Of a DNA stretch of 64,000 nucleotides, positions 14,791-27,683 are shown piece after piece (position 1 is the stretch's first letter; the number at the start of each line of letters is the position of its first letter). Source of the DNA: Octopus sinensis (lineage: Eukaryota); NCBI RefSeq assembly GCF_006345805.1, contig NC_043010.1, positions 16,616,001 through 16,680,000 on the forward strand, read 5' to 3'. Below the pieces are notes generated by a model, which worked only from the letters and a program-made list of their open reading frames with translations, was not told the DNA's origin and ran no database searches. Made by a program: the position numbers and the translations under genes.

Positions 14791-15022
14791 TATTTCTTCA
14801 CTACCCACAAGGGGCTAAACATAGAGGGGACAAACAAGGACAGACAAAGGGATTAAGTCGATTACATCAACCCCAGTGTGTAACTGGTACTTTATTTATC
14901 GACCCCGAAAGGATGAAAGGCAAAGTCGACCTCGGCGGAATTTGAACTCAGAACGTAACGGCAGACGAAATACGGCTACGCATTTCGCCCGGTGTGCTAA
15001 CGTTTCTGCCAGCTCACTGCCT
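14791..15022 (-). mobile_element. Full-length SINE, same family as 31952-32180
   Basis: Reverse complement of the same consensus. Confidence 0.8.
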
Positions 15023-16361
15023 TCTAGATATATGACAACCTTTTAGAATGCTCAATAAATATGATCTAACATTTTAGAGTGATTAATGTGATTTAGGTAA
15101 ATGGGACAACATTTTCTTGAATTGCTCAGCATACCTTCAGTTTTGAGTGCTCAGCATCCTACAGGCATACAACATACTATCATAATAATAGCTGCTTGCC
15201 TCTCGATTTGTTTTTCTTCAATGAAGATTGTAGCAAACATGTGAAACTTTCAACTTGAAGTCTGGTGTATTTAAAAAACAAAAATTAATTTGATATTCAC
15301 AAAATACATCTTGCCTTGTTGCCAGATACACTGAAATATGTAATTGCACAAATATTTATGCAGCTCTATTGTTATTACATTGAGAACTCTTGTTACATAA
15401 CAATGTCTGCGCAGACAAATGGATGTAAATAGAACATTTACAAACTCACACACCAATTATGCTTGCATTCATCCCCAATGTATGTGTGTTTGTATGTGTG
15501 TGTATATATATATACACATACAAACACATGTATGCACATATATCTTTTCTCTTTTGTGTGTTTCAGTTATTGGACTGCAGTCATGCCGGTGTGGGGTGGC
15601 ATTGCCTTGGAGACATTTCAGTCAAACAAATTGACCCCGGTATTCTTTTTTAAGCTTGGTATTTATTTTATTGGTCTCTTTTGCCAAACTGATAAGTTAT
15701 GGGGATGTAAACACACCAACACTGGTTGTCAAGCAGTGGAGGGAGACAAACATATACACACACACACTCACAAGGCTATGGTTGACTCAAAGTTATGGTT
15801 GACCCAAGGCTATGGTAGAAGACGCTGAAGGTGCCATGCAACCCAGAACCATGTGGTTGAGAAGCAAACTTCTTACTACAGAGCCATGCTTGTGTCTATA
15901 ATTATATATACCTACAAACAATATTTCGATATATATATATGTGTGTATATATATATGCACACACACGCAAAACATGCACAAAACACATATATAAAAACAA
16001 GAAGGAGAAGGACCCCCTTCAGTCATGACTGACCATGGGATTGCACCTAGAAAGTTACCCTCCAAGGCACAAGTCTGGGCAAGGTTGTTCATGGAAGACC
16101 AGTCGCCCATGCATACCAGCCCCTCTCGCCACACCACCGATGTTATCCAAGAGAAAGCAAAGGGGCCGATACAGCTTGGAACCAGTGACATTGCAACTCA
16201 TTTCTACAGCTGAGTGAACAGAGCAACATGAAATAAAGTGTCTTGCTCAAGAACATAACACACAGCCTGGTCTGGGAATTGAACTTACAACCTCATGATT
16301 GTGAGCCTGATTCTCTAACCACTGAGCAATGAGTCTTCACATAAAAGCATATATATATCTA

Positions 16362-16395
<34 letters not shown>

Positions 16396-16457
16396 TTGTT
16401 TTTGGATTTGGTTTACAAGATTCTTTATGTGAGTTCGTGTGTTGAAGCATATTCTGT

Positions 16458-16730
16458 TGTGTCTGGGGAGAACATTCTCTTTTAGTGCCTTATAATTTAA
16501 CACACTCACCGGTTAAATTTCCACTCATTTACTTATTTATTCTTCTGAAATTTTCATTGCCTCTTGCAACCTTTTCAATAGTTGTTGACTCTATCCTTTA
16601 TTCAAGCTGTGTTCTTTTTGTTTGTTTGTGCACATGTGTGTGGGTCAGTGTATATAAATGAGTGGAAATTTTACCGGTGGCTGTGTTAAATTATAAGGCA
16701 CTAAAAGAGAATGACTCTCCCCAGACACAA
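16458..16730. repeat. Inverted repeat with ~75-bp arms and ~120-bp spacer
   Basis: ttgtgtctggggag...ccactcattta (16458-16532) mirrors taaatgagtgg...ctccccagacacaa (16655-16730). Confidence 0.85.
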
Positions 16731-16933
16731 CAATATACATACATACATATATATATAGTACGAAGTAAGATAGGGGTTATGGGTGTAATCCACTATGGGA
16801 TATCATTTATCCAATATACTGTTGGTAAAGTACCCAAATTCTTAATACATATATGTTTATAATTGCAATGCAATTAGTCATTTATTGTATTAAACGAGTG
16901 AAGGTAAAGAAATATTTTTACCGTAAATTTATG

Positions 16934-17199
16934 ATACAAATAAGAAAATGGAGAAACAAATTTGGTTTATTCATCAACTTACGGATATTATAATGTTGGA
17001 TTATTTATTCATTTTACAAATGAGAACATCAAAAGCATACAAAAATATTATATAAATCTATTATCTTATCTATTGATCTATATAATATTTTTGTATGCTT
17101 TTGATGTTCTCATTTGTAAAATGAATAAATAATCCAACATTATAATATCCGTAAGTTGGTGAATAAACCAAATTTGTTTCTCCATTTTCTTATTTGTAT
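16934..17199. repeat. Near-perfect long inverted repeat (121-bp arms, 24-nt spacer, one mismatch)
   Basis: 16934-17054 is the reverse complement of 17079-17199, except tcatcaac versus tcaccaac. Confidence 0.95.
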
Positions 17200-17254
17200 A
17201 TATATATATACGAGCTTTATACTCTACTCTACTATGTTCTTAACAGAATATAAG

Positions 17255-17289
<35 letters not shown>

Positions 17290-17295
<6 letters not shown>

Positions 17296-17490
17296 GATAA
17301 ATCTCAGAGCGAGTTATAAACAGTAGCGGTAACACATCGTGACGGGGAGGATGACTCCCCTTCACAAATACTGAGAGGACACAGATAGTGTGTCTATAGC
17401 CAGCTGGAGGAGATATCTTCCTGGGGCTACAAACTACAGTAGCATCCACCCTTATGGGTTAGCCATATTCAAATGGCAAATATGCGTCAC
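17290..17490 (-). repeat. Unclassified dispersed repeat family
   Basis: Homologous to 11341-11540 (+), 44250-44410, 38341-38440, 54700-54845 and part of the Helitron (26858-26925). Confidence 0.65.
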
Positions 17491-17617
17491 TATATATATA
17501 TATATATATGAGTAGAGTATAAAGCTCGTCCACCTTCAGGTTCCTCCTGGTGCTATCCAGCAGTCGTAATATACGTACTGTTAGATTTGCATTGGGACTT
17601 CTATGGTGTGTGAATGG

Positions 17618-17727
17618 ATAATTGAATGAGTTGGAGTCAACAAGAAGGAGTACGGAGGAACCTTGTAGTGACTACAAATCAATGTTCCTCTGCACTCTTT
17701 CTTGTTGACTCCACTTTATTCAATTAT
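17618..17727. repeat. 110-nt hairpin (44-bp imperfect stem)
   Basis: 17618-17661 pairs with 17684-17727. The loop contains a second small stem, ttgtagt-g-actacaa. Confidence 0.85.
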
Positions 17728-17975
17728 ATATATATATATATAAATGGATGAATGAATTATCCTTTGTTTACCGTTAACATGGAAAATTCGATAAACAGTT
17801 ACCAGGGTAGCAAAATTCACGCAAGTAACATGAATGAAGCGACCTATTCACAAGTTAATGTGCAGTAATTTGAGTAGTATAAGTAAATAAATGGAGTTGA
17901 ACACAGTTGTTATTCAAATTCTTTTGAAAAAGAATTTTAATAACATCTACGTTCAACTCTATTTATTTATTTACT

Positions 17976-18017
<42 letters not shown>

Positions 18018-18048
18018 TATACATATATATACATACACACACACCTAT

Positions 18049-18096
<48 letters not shown>

Positions 18097-18595
18097 CACT
18101 TCACATATATATAAGAATATGTACACACACATGCGTGTGCATACACACACACATTCTGATGGTGAATCAATGTTTTCTAAAATCTCCTTCAGTGATCAAC
18201 ATATTTGATGATTGCAATGGCCAGAATCTTGGTCTTGACAAACCATAAATTTTAATTTGTTTTATATACCTATTGCAAATGTACACATGAACACATGCAC
18301 ACACACACTAATACAAATGTATACACACACTAACATGAAAGTATACACATAGAACCATAAATGTATATATGCATCAGTAAATGTAAACGCATGATGCTGA
18401 GTGTACTTGCTCTCCTAGTTAAGCTTTGAATATCATATTCATCAAATACACACGCACGCACACACACACACACACAAGTCAAGAAGGGAGCCTCTGGACA
18501 GTTATTCAATGTATTTGATATAATAGTCAAAAGCCCCCATCAAAACATAATGTCTTAAAATAGGAAGGTCACAGTGGACAATGTTGTCCTAGATA

Positions 18596-18736
18596 TTAGG
18601 TTGTCCCAAAAGTTCGTAAACACTTGCGAAAATTGAATTTTTACTCGCCAAGTACTAACAAAAACAACAAAAATTATTCCTCAAAATAAAGACCATTATT
18701 TTCCAAGACTTTCTACGAACTTTTGGGACAACCTTA
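18596..18736. mobile_element. Mariner-derived MITE
   Basis: TIRs aggttgtcccaaaagttcgta / tacgaacttttgggacaacct, in a TA context. Confidence 0.8.
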
Positions 18737-20572
18737 TATATACTGAGATGGACTGGTCAAGGCTGAAATGTCTTTGATCATAGATCTGTGTACCCAGGGC
18801 TGACCAGGGACTAAACAAACGCTAAGTACACACACACACACACACACACAGAAAGCATGGAAAATGTACAGGATGTGCAGCACATAACCGTTTACACTAG
18901 ACCTTCTCTTTTCAGTGGTGAAACGTTTAGGTGGTGGTGGTCGTGGCAGTGCTGCTGTAAGTAGTGGTGGTGGAGGTAGTGTAGGTACGGACGACCGTTA
19001 GTGAAGATAATAGTATTAGTGGTGGTGGTGGAGGTGGTTTGTTTGATGGCTGTGGGGGTTTCAGAAATAGTGATGGCCATAACAGGCAAATGGCGATGGT
19101 GATGATGATAGTGATGGTGATGGCGGTAGTGATGGTGGTGATGATGATGATGATGATGATAACAATGATGTGTTATTGGTCTACATTACTAAGTCAGCAT
19201 GCATCCAATGTAGCAACAACAACAACAACAACAGCAGCAGCAGCCAGCTCAAAACAACAACTACAACAACAACAACAACACTGCATTCATTTTGTCAAAT
19301 GAAAATATGAAACCGGATGACAGTAGAGGTGGTGGTTGTGGTGGTGGGGGAGGAGGAGGGTCCATTTAGCGGTTGCATGGAGGAGGAGGAGGAGGAGGAG
19401 GAGGAGGATTCAGTATAGATTACAGAATTCTGTTGTTGGTGGCGGTGGTGGTTGTTGTGCTGAATAATAGTCACTGTGAAGAAGGCTGCTTGATGTAAAC
19501 ATAGTTCGGGTAGTAGTACTACGAGTGGTGATGATTTGGTTAACTGTTTACTACTTAAACCAGCAATATCTGATCCAAATAATCAACCTGTTTTCTGAAC
19601 TTCATTCCGTAACCATTGTCAACCTGTTTTATATTCAAACTGGCCATGTCCAGCTTCTCACACACACCCTACAATGTTGTTGAAAACAAGATGAATAAAT
19701 ACGAATAATGTTTGACAGAGTCACTTGAATGCTGAAGGGTTAAAAACTACAATTGGTATTTAGTCAAATAATGAGCAACTCTTTTAAAAGAAGACTATCA
19801 GTCGTTTACATTTGAGTGATGATTGAAAGTTTTAGCAAGATAGCTGTGGTCAACTTTAGTCAAGCAGTATTGGTCATCAGAATTTCTTAGGAAGGAGTAG
19901 TTATTGACCCTCAGTACATAACTGGTACTTTATCAACTGCCTGGATGATGAATCAGACAAAATCAGTTTTAGAATTTTCTTGACACTTTGGATTAATCCT
20001 CCCTCAAGATAGAGAAATGGCTGGCCACATGTAGCATCATGCTTTTACTTCATGTTCTCAGTGTGTGTGTGTAGTGATGAGCTGACAAAGCCATTGTTTT
20101 AGTCCTCCTGCCCTTGATGCAGTGGAATATCAAGGATGAAACAGCTGGAGATAGGGAAAGAAGGTTGCCCCAACTGGAGCAACAGGAAATGGAGTGGCTT
20201 GCTCAAGGACACAAGTCACTCCCCCCCCCCCAGTCTGGATATCGACTGGACAATCTTAATGATCAGAAGCTCTGCTCATACTCTTTCATCTAATATTCAA
20301 ATTCAGAAGACAAGGACTAAATGCCACTCTGTACTTAAGCAGCCATTTCACTGATTCTAACATTCTGTTGCAGCATTATCAAATAATAATGGTAATAATA
20401 ATGGATTCAAATTTTGGCACAAGGCCAGCAATTTTGGGGGTAGGGGTAAGTTGATTACATTAACCCCCCCAGTGATCAATTGGTAATTATTTCATTGATC
20501 CTGAAAGGCAAAGTTGACCTCAGTGGAATTTGAACTCAGAATATAAAGCTAAACATCTTTCCCAGCTGGTCG

Positions 20573-20620
20573 TCTTAATAATAATAATAATAATGATGCT
20601 GATGATAATTATAATGATAA

Positions 20621-20670
<50 letters not shown>

Positions 20671-20788
20671 TTGATTATAAAAATAATAATGATAATAATA
20701 GTAATAATAATAATAATGATAATAATTAGAATAATCATAGAATAATAATAATGATAATAATAATAATGATAATATAATAATAATAATG

Positions 20789-20821
<33 letters not shown>

Positions 20822-20845
20822 GAATGATAATAAAAATAATAATAA
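20573..20845. repeat. (TAA)n microsatellite, ~270 bp, degenerate
   Basis: Direct reading; explains the poly-Ile ORFs. Confidence 0.95.
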
Positions 20846-23139
20846 AACCTTGTCGTTATTGTCAGTGTCAGTAGTTGTTGTGGTAAGATGGTGGCTGTTG
20901 TAGCAGTGGAGATGGTTGTTTAGGTGGTAGTTATAAGTTTGGTAGCTTGTTTAGTGAGAGGGTAATAGAGCAATCTCTACAACTATGGGTGGAAGTGTTA
21001 GTACAGGTAAATATGAAGTAGTTTTAGTGGTAGCAAAGGATGACTAGTAAAGGTGCTAGTAGTGCTGGGTGTTTTTACATGTTATGGTACAAGTGATTGT
21101 AATGGTGGTACTACACTAGAGGTGATGGTTGGAGACAGTTCTACGGGTATACTACGGCTGTTAGTACAGGCAGATGTGTAGGTGCTAGTATCGATGGGTG
21201 AATCTGTGCTGACAGCAGAGGCGATAGTTTCATAAAAATGTACCCCAGGTGGTTCTTAAGTAAATATACTAAGAAAAGTATAGGTGCATCTACAAGTGGT
21301 GATATGGGTGATGGTGTTAAAAGCGGTGGATCATTTGGAGGGTGGTGTTAGTGCTATTATTACTAAGCTTCCTGTAGACTCTTGCAGGTTATATGATGTT
21401 CCATTGAGTCTCTCATACAACGATGGCCACAAGGATACAAAAAGCTCAACCTTGACATCTTTATCCCGTTTTCCTCCTCTTTTCCTTGTATATTTTTTTT
21501 CTTTTGAGAGGAAGGGATAAGCCTAATACCTGACTGCTGCTTTATTTTATTGATACTGAAGGAATTAAAGGCAAAGTTAACCTTGGAAAAATCTGAACTT
21601 AGAATCTACGAAAGCAATACCACAAAGCATTTTGTACAACGTGTTAACGATTCTGCCAGCTTTCCATTTTAATGATTATTTCATTGTCCACTTTTACATG
21701 CTGGCATGGGTTGGACAGAGTTTGTAGAGGCAGATTTTCTACATAAGGGATGCCTTTCCTGTTGCCAACCTTTGCCTGTCTCCAAGCAAGGTAATATTTC
21801 CTCATGGCCAGACATGTTTTTGCAGAACATTGAAAATGAATGACATTAATTTACAGCAATCCACACACACACACACACGCATGTACAAGCACACATGCAC
21901 GCACACAGGCACACACACATGCATACACTCCTCCCCCATATATACATGATAAGCTTCTCTGTTCCAGTCTGTGCCCAATCCACTCACAAAGCTTCAGTTG
22001 GTCTGGGGCTACAGTAGAAGCTACATATGCCTTAGGGGTGCCATGCAGTGGGACTCAGGTTGGGAGGCCAACTTCTCAACCACACAGCCATATTGGCACA
22101 TATAATAATAACAATAGGGGTCATGGTGAGAAGGTTCATGTTGAGGTATGAATAATGTATTGCCCCCATTGTTTGGAGAAGGGTTTCTGTAATGGAGATG
22201 ATTTCAATAAACAAAGGTGCTGATTTGATTTATTAGTTTTTTTTTTGTGTTAGTCAGGAATAAGGGCCTCTGCCCACAACCTTGCAAACTCTCTGAGAGC
22301 GATGAGACTGATGTGATAGATGCTATAGACCTAGAAAGGGTCATTGGCTAAGCTAATACTGTTAGCATTTGAATTCAAATCAGTAAAGGATGTGAGTAAA
22401 TGCCACACAGCAGTCAGTGTGACACACATGCACACACACGTTCACACACACACATATATACACACACATACACGCATGCACACGCACACACATACACGTA
22501 TGGACACACACGCATACACACACTAGTTTTTCAAAGTGAGGTGCAATTTTAACAATTCACAAAGAAAGGAATGAGAATGTGTGATGTTGTTTTTTGCCAA
22601 TGATGTTGGAGATGCACCGATGTGAAGCAGGAATCAAGAAGAGTGGGATGTGAATTTGATTTGTGACATGAAACCAATGATTTATTCCTGGAAGAAATGG
22701 TGGACATTGTAAGTTTATCTGGTCAAGAATTTAACTGCTAAACACTTAATCTCTTAATCTCTTGATCAGGGTTTTAGAAAGACGATGAAAAAGAAGAATG
22801 ATACCAACATGATGATGATGATGATAATGATGATGATAACAGTGGTGATGATGATGGTGGTGGTGGTTGAAGATTATGATGATTGTGGTAATGAAAATGC
22901 TGGTGTTATGATGATGATGATGATGATGGTGATAACAGAAACAACAGTGGTTACTATAGCAACGGCGATAACAATTCCCATGGATCATTTGCTAAAACAA
23001 CAAAAACATCAACAACAATAACAACAATGTCAGCAGCAGCAGCAGCAACATCAGCAGCAGGAGCATCGGCAGCAGCAACAACATTAACTAATAATGGCAA
23101 GGATCACCAGAAGAACATCGAAACAACAACGAAATAGTT

Positions 23140-23450
23140 TTAGTAGCAAATAGAAAAGGAAGAAGAGAAGGGGGAAAGGAAGAGGAAGCAGAGAAGAGGG
23201 GAAAAGGAAGAGGAAGGAGAGCTGATGAAGAGAAAAACGAGGGAAAGATTCCACAACAGAATTATTGGTAAAGCTGACCAAGACATGACATTTAAAGCAT
23301 GAAAGAGAGAGAGAGAGAGAGGGGGGGAGAGAAGAAAGAGAAGAGAGAAAGCAAGAAAGTGGCAGAGACTGGAGTGACTGGAGCAAGAGAGTTAATGAGA
23401 GGGAGAGAGAGAGAGAGACAAAGATAGAGTGAAAGAGCGGAAAAGGCGGG

Positions 23451-23484
<34 letters not shown>

Positions 23485-23640
23485 CAGAAAGACACAGATA
23501 CAGAGACAGAAAGAATGAGAGAGAGAGAGAGAGAAAGAAACAGAAAAAGTGAAAGGGTGGGAGGGAGAAGAAAGAAAGACTGAAAGAAGAGAGAGAGAGA
23601 GAGAGAGACGGACAGACAGACAGAGAATAATGAAAGAAGT
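23140..23640. repeat. Purine-rich (GA/GAA/GACA) low-complexity tract
   Basis: Direct reading. Confidence 0.9.
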
Positions 23641-24337
23641 ATAGCTTGAGAATGTGTGAACACCTTGCAATGGCTGACTGGAGCTTTTGGTGAGGCCAAG
23701 CAACTCCCCTGGAAGTAAAAAGAGAAACAAACAAAAACAATGGCAAACAGTCAAAGTTTAGTCAGACAGACAGGCAGCAGTGTTATTGTACAACAACAAC
23801 AACAACTACAATAATAGTATTCTTCTGATTATTACATTAAACATTGCACAGCAGAGTGCAGCAGTGTGATGTTAAAAGATAGCAGTGTAATCCATAGATG
23901 ACTGCAGTGTAATCTAACAGCAATTGTGCAGTGTCATTTTAGCAGTAGCGGCAGCAGCAGCAGCAGCAGTGTAATGGGGTTGAGCAATGGAATTTGACTG
24001 ATAACAGTTGAATGTGTAACAAATGTCGCAAACATGTTTTAATGCAACATTGATTAACCAAAGCTGAAATCACTTAAAAGTAGATTAATTCAATGAAAAC
24101 TCGTTTACTCAAGCTCAACCGACCACCAAACTACTAACTGGACCAAGTCTTATTAAAAATTAGTATTACCTAATGGAAACGAACCTAAAATAAATAATCT
24201 GACCTTGCATAACTAAACTAATTAATTTATCTAACCCAGTTAATTTGACGATTGCAAACTAATCTAATCAAACTGAATTCATCAGGTATATTTGATTTGC
24301 AGCCTCTGTTTCTATGTTTCGCTGCAGGGGGATTTAT

Positions 24338-24368
<31 letters not shown>

Positions 24369-24856
24369 GAGTTTCACAACACTAATTTGTCCTTCCTGCA
24401 ATATCTGTAACATTTAGTCACTTGTGTACTAAACACACTATGCCCTATATACATATATATATGTAGTATACACTCACTTCCCTATGATGGGTTTTGTTAT
24501 GATGTAATCTAAGAATGCATCACTAAAATGCTACTGAAACAGCTGTTGTGAATTTTGAATCACATGTTTTTCTTTTCTACATTTGTTACACTTGAAACCA
24601 GTCATGGTTTGGATCTATGGTTTATATTGGATTTGGTACCTGTGTGTGTGTGTGTGTACATACCTGTAGTATACAACAAATAAGTGACAACAAACGGTTC
24701 TTTTACCTTACTATCAACTCAATACTAAGTATCCAGCCAGTCCCAGTGTCCTACTTGTTGATATGCCTGGATTCTAATGAATCCTATACCTAATCTATCT
24801 ATCTATATATATATAGTATAGTAGCTATAGCCTATGGTTATACATAAAGTAAACTC

Positions 24857-25278
24857 AGATCTTTTCTGTTTGAACGGTAGTTTTTAACATAATTTCTAGG
24901 TAACTAAAAAATTATAAACTTCGTATACTGGTAGAATGTGTTTATAAAACATCTTTTTCTCTTGGCTTTATTGAGAAAATTCTATAGTTTGTAAGATATT
25001 TGTTTTTTTTTCTTCAATTTCTGCAATTTCAACCAATCAATGACGTCCATTGAGGTAAAAAAGCATTCTGTGCCGTATGAATATGTTCCTCGTTTAAGAA
25101 ACAGATTGGGTTTATTTACATTTGTGAAGAAAAAAGATACCCTTTCCCCTACCTAACCTAACTAACCCTAACCCTAAAAGAGATTGAAATGCAATAGATC
25201 GATACTAGGGTCATAATTATGGGTGACAATTTCATATGACACCGCTAGAAAAAACTTCCGTTCAAACCGAAACGATCC
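24857..25278. mobile_element. MITE with 8-bp TSD (Merlin-like termini), containing TAACCC-like motifs
   Basis: TSD GTAAACTC at 24849-24856 and 25279-25286. Imperfect TIRs (a/g)gatc.ttt...tttgaacgg.agttttt. acctaacctaactaaccctaacccta at about 25151-25176. Confidence 0.75.
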
Positions 25279-25994
25279 GTAAACTCTATACAGGCATGCA
25301 TCAACTTATGCCATTTCAAGTGACATCTTTTTTTGGTGGGGGAGAAAGAAAGCCTGACTTTTGTCAACTTATCCAACTTTATGTTTCTGTTCCAGCAAAC
25401 ATATTTGAAAGTATAAAAATTAAACAAACAGCAACGGGGGAAATCAAATAAAATACTTGTGAAAATGTGTACAAACTATTTGTTCAATCAGCTATGATGT
25501 CATATTTAGGATGTTGGGCTGTAATTGTCAGTTTGTGGTGTTGTTTCTCAGACTTAGCATTACATCAAGTTCTTGAGTAAAACACTTCAATCACATATTT
25601 ATTCAGTGTTATGCCATTTTTCTAGATAAGTTGCATGTCTTGGAAACTGATTACCAATATAAGTTAAACTATGCCTGCATAGCTGTACTCTATAAATGTA
25701 TCTATAATATGCTTTGTAGATATGTATAGTATATGCTGTGTGTCTGTACCCCATAAATATACAGAGAGGGTGGTGAAAACAGTGATCAGACCTACATTGG
25801 ATGGTGTTTGGGTGAGTGGAACTTTCTTAAAGCTAATGCTTCTTTAAAGAGTGGGGCAGGGGAAACTCATCATCTACCCCCATGTGGCATAAACTCTAAC
25901 TATACTGCTGATATAGTAATATCACTCCCACGATAATCATTATTACATATCTTGTGATAATATTGTCTCTGTCTAGTTAAGAAATAGTAAACAT

Positions 25995-26315
25995 TATAAT
26001 ATAACCTTACATACATACATAGATACATACATACATAGATACATACATACAAAGATACATACATACATACACACACACACATACATACACACACATACAT
26101 ACATACATACACACATGCACATATACATACATACATATACATATATACACACACACACACATATACATATATATATACACACACACATATATACACACAC
26201 ACATACATATATATATATACACACACACACATATACATATATATACACACACACACATATACATACACACACACGCACACACACACATATACATACATAC
26301 ACACACACACACCAT
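25995..26315. repeat. Compound (TACA)/(CA)/(TA) microsatellite
   Basis: Direct reading. Confidence 0.95.
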
Positions 26316-26606
26316 ATGTTTGATAATACAAACATTTGTGTAATGGTCACTGTCTCTAGATATAATTGTGCACTTCTATAGGAAATATAAGCAAAGGACT
26401 GGGAGAATATTGGGCCTTGTTGGTGCAGAGTTCTTTGAGAAGATAATATGATTTACTTCTATGTGGGGTTTCTGAATCCTTATTGTTATAAATTCTAAGA
26501 TATTGAATAACATATATATGAATTATATAACATAAAAGAATTTCCTTAGGATATCTTTATGATTTGTTTAATGTAATAATGATAATAATAATAATAATAA
26601 TAATAA

Positions 26607-27002
26607 TCTTTATATATAAACATGAAGTTGTGTGTCTGTCTCCTACGATTTAGATTCCTAACTACTCCCACATTTTGTGGTGCAGTGTAACCAAAAGCGG
26701 GTATCTTATAGTCGTGATTCATATCGAGCCCTTCTGGGTATTAGTGCGCATCTACGATGAGTCTACGATTAAAAAAACAATTTACCATCATTTTTTCCCA
26801 TTTTTAATGCATTTTTTTGCTATTATATAAGGGAAGTAACTCTCTAAAAATGTATTATTAAATCTCAGAATGTAAAAAGCTACAGTAACACCCCTGCTTT
26901 GTGGTTAGCCATATTGAGATGGCTATTATACTTTACATCTCTAAAAATGCTTATATAGTTATTTCCCTTACAAACCCGAGTAACGCCGGGCGATACTGCT
27001 AG
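26607..27002 (+). mobile_element. Non-autonomous Helitron
   Basis: Inserted between A and T, with 5' TC, a subterminal hairpin CCCG-agtaacgc-CGGG (26975-26990) and a 3' CTAG. Confidence 0.8.
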
Positions 27003-27683
27003 TAATAATTATAATAATAATATGGTGAATGACAGCATATGATGTCATATTTAGGATGTTGGACTTATAATTGTCTGTTTGTGGTCTTGTTTCTCAGACT
27101 TAGTTGTTACATCAAGTTCTTGAGTAAAACACTTCATTTCACAATCACTCCAATCAATTCAGCTGGAGATAAGTGCCAGTGACGTGTAGGGTTCGTGACC
27201 CTTTCAGGGAGTGGGGCACACTTTTCTACTAATTTTGTCCCTTGTAAACCACAGACATTGGGATAAATTGTGGCCTAATGAGCCTGTAGGTTCATGGTAG
27301 ACCTTTATATCTCTCATAAGCACCACCCCCCATCGGAGAATGGTTACCCATTCCTGGTGCAAACCTAGATACCATGAGGATCTTCATTTTTTTTTTGTCA
27401 TCTGCATGCTTATGGGGTTGTGACGTTTTTTGTTTTGCTTTTACTTAAGTTTGTATGAATAAAGAACTTAATTGAGGATGTTTAACTCAAATAAACTGGG
27501 TTTGTATGCCTATCTGCAGGGATCAGAAACAGTTGTCACCAACCTAGCTGCCTCCTAGTCTTTTATGTAAAGATCTTTGGTCTGAAAGATTTCAACACTC
27601 TGGATGGAGAACATAATTTGTCATTAACATTATGATACATCATTAATAACATAATCTCCGTAGTAGTAGCAGTAGTAGTGATT

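Noticed and set aside
16541-16595. Hammerhead-like remnant on the minus strand (UUGAAAA-G-GUUGC-AAGAG-GCAAU-GAAA)
   Set aside because: Core positions C3 and G8 are substituted, the stem II closing pair is wrong, and there is no convincing stem III or I. At most it is a dead relic.
18892-19440. Poly-Gln/His/Met/Thr ORFs
   Set aside because: Trinucleotide low-complexity tracts with no splice structure or domain signal. The same applies to 22746-23080.
20520-20745. Poly-Ile 'membrane' ORFs
   Set aside because: (TAA)n microsatellite.
22119-22350. Intron-like gag|gtatga ... tttttttgtgttag pair with a following short frame (NKGLCPQPCKLSESDETDVIDAIDLERVIG*)
   Set aside because: All phase combinations stop quickly, and there is no recognisable domain or linkage to other exons.
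23084-23754. 220-aa and overlapping Leu/Ser/Phe-rich ORFs
   Set aside because: Antisense of a (GA)n purine tract. The same applies to 43455-44183.
25494-27136. ~95-bp direct repeat at 25494-25590 and 27039-27136
   Set aside because: Both look like decayed heads of the tRNA-SINE family seen at 27684, so this is not an independent system.
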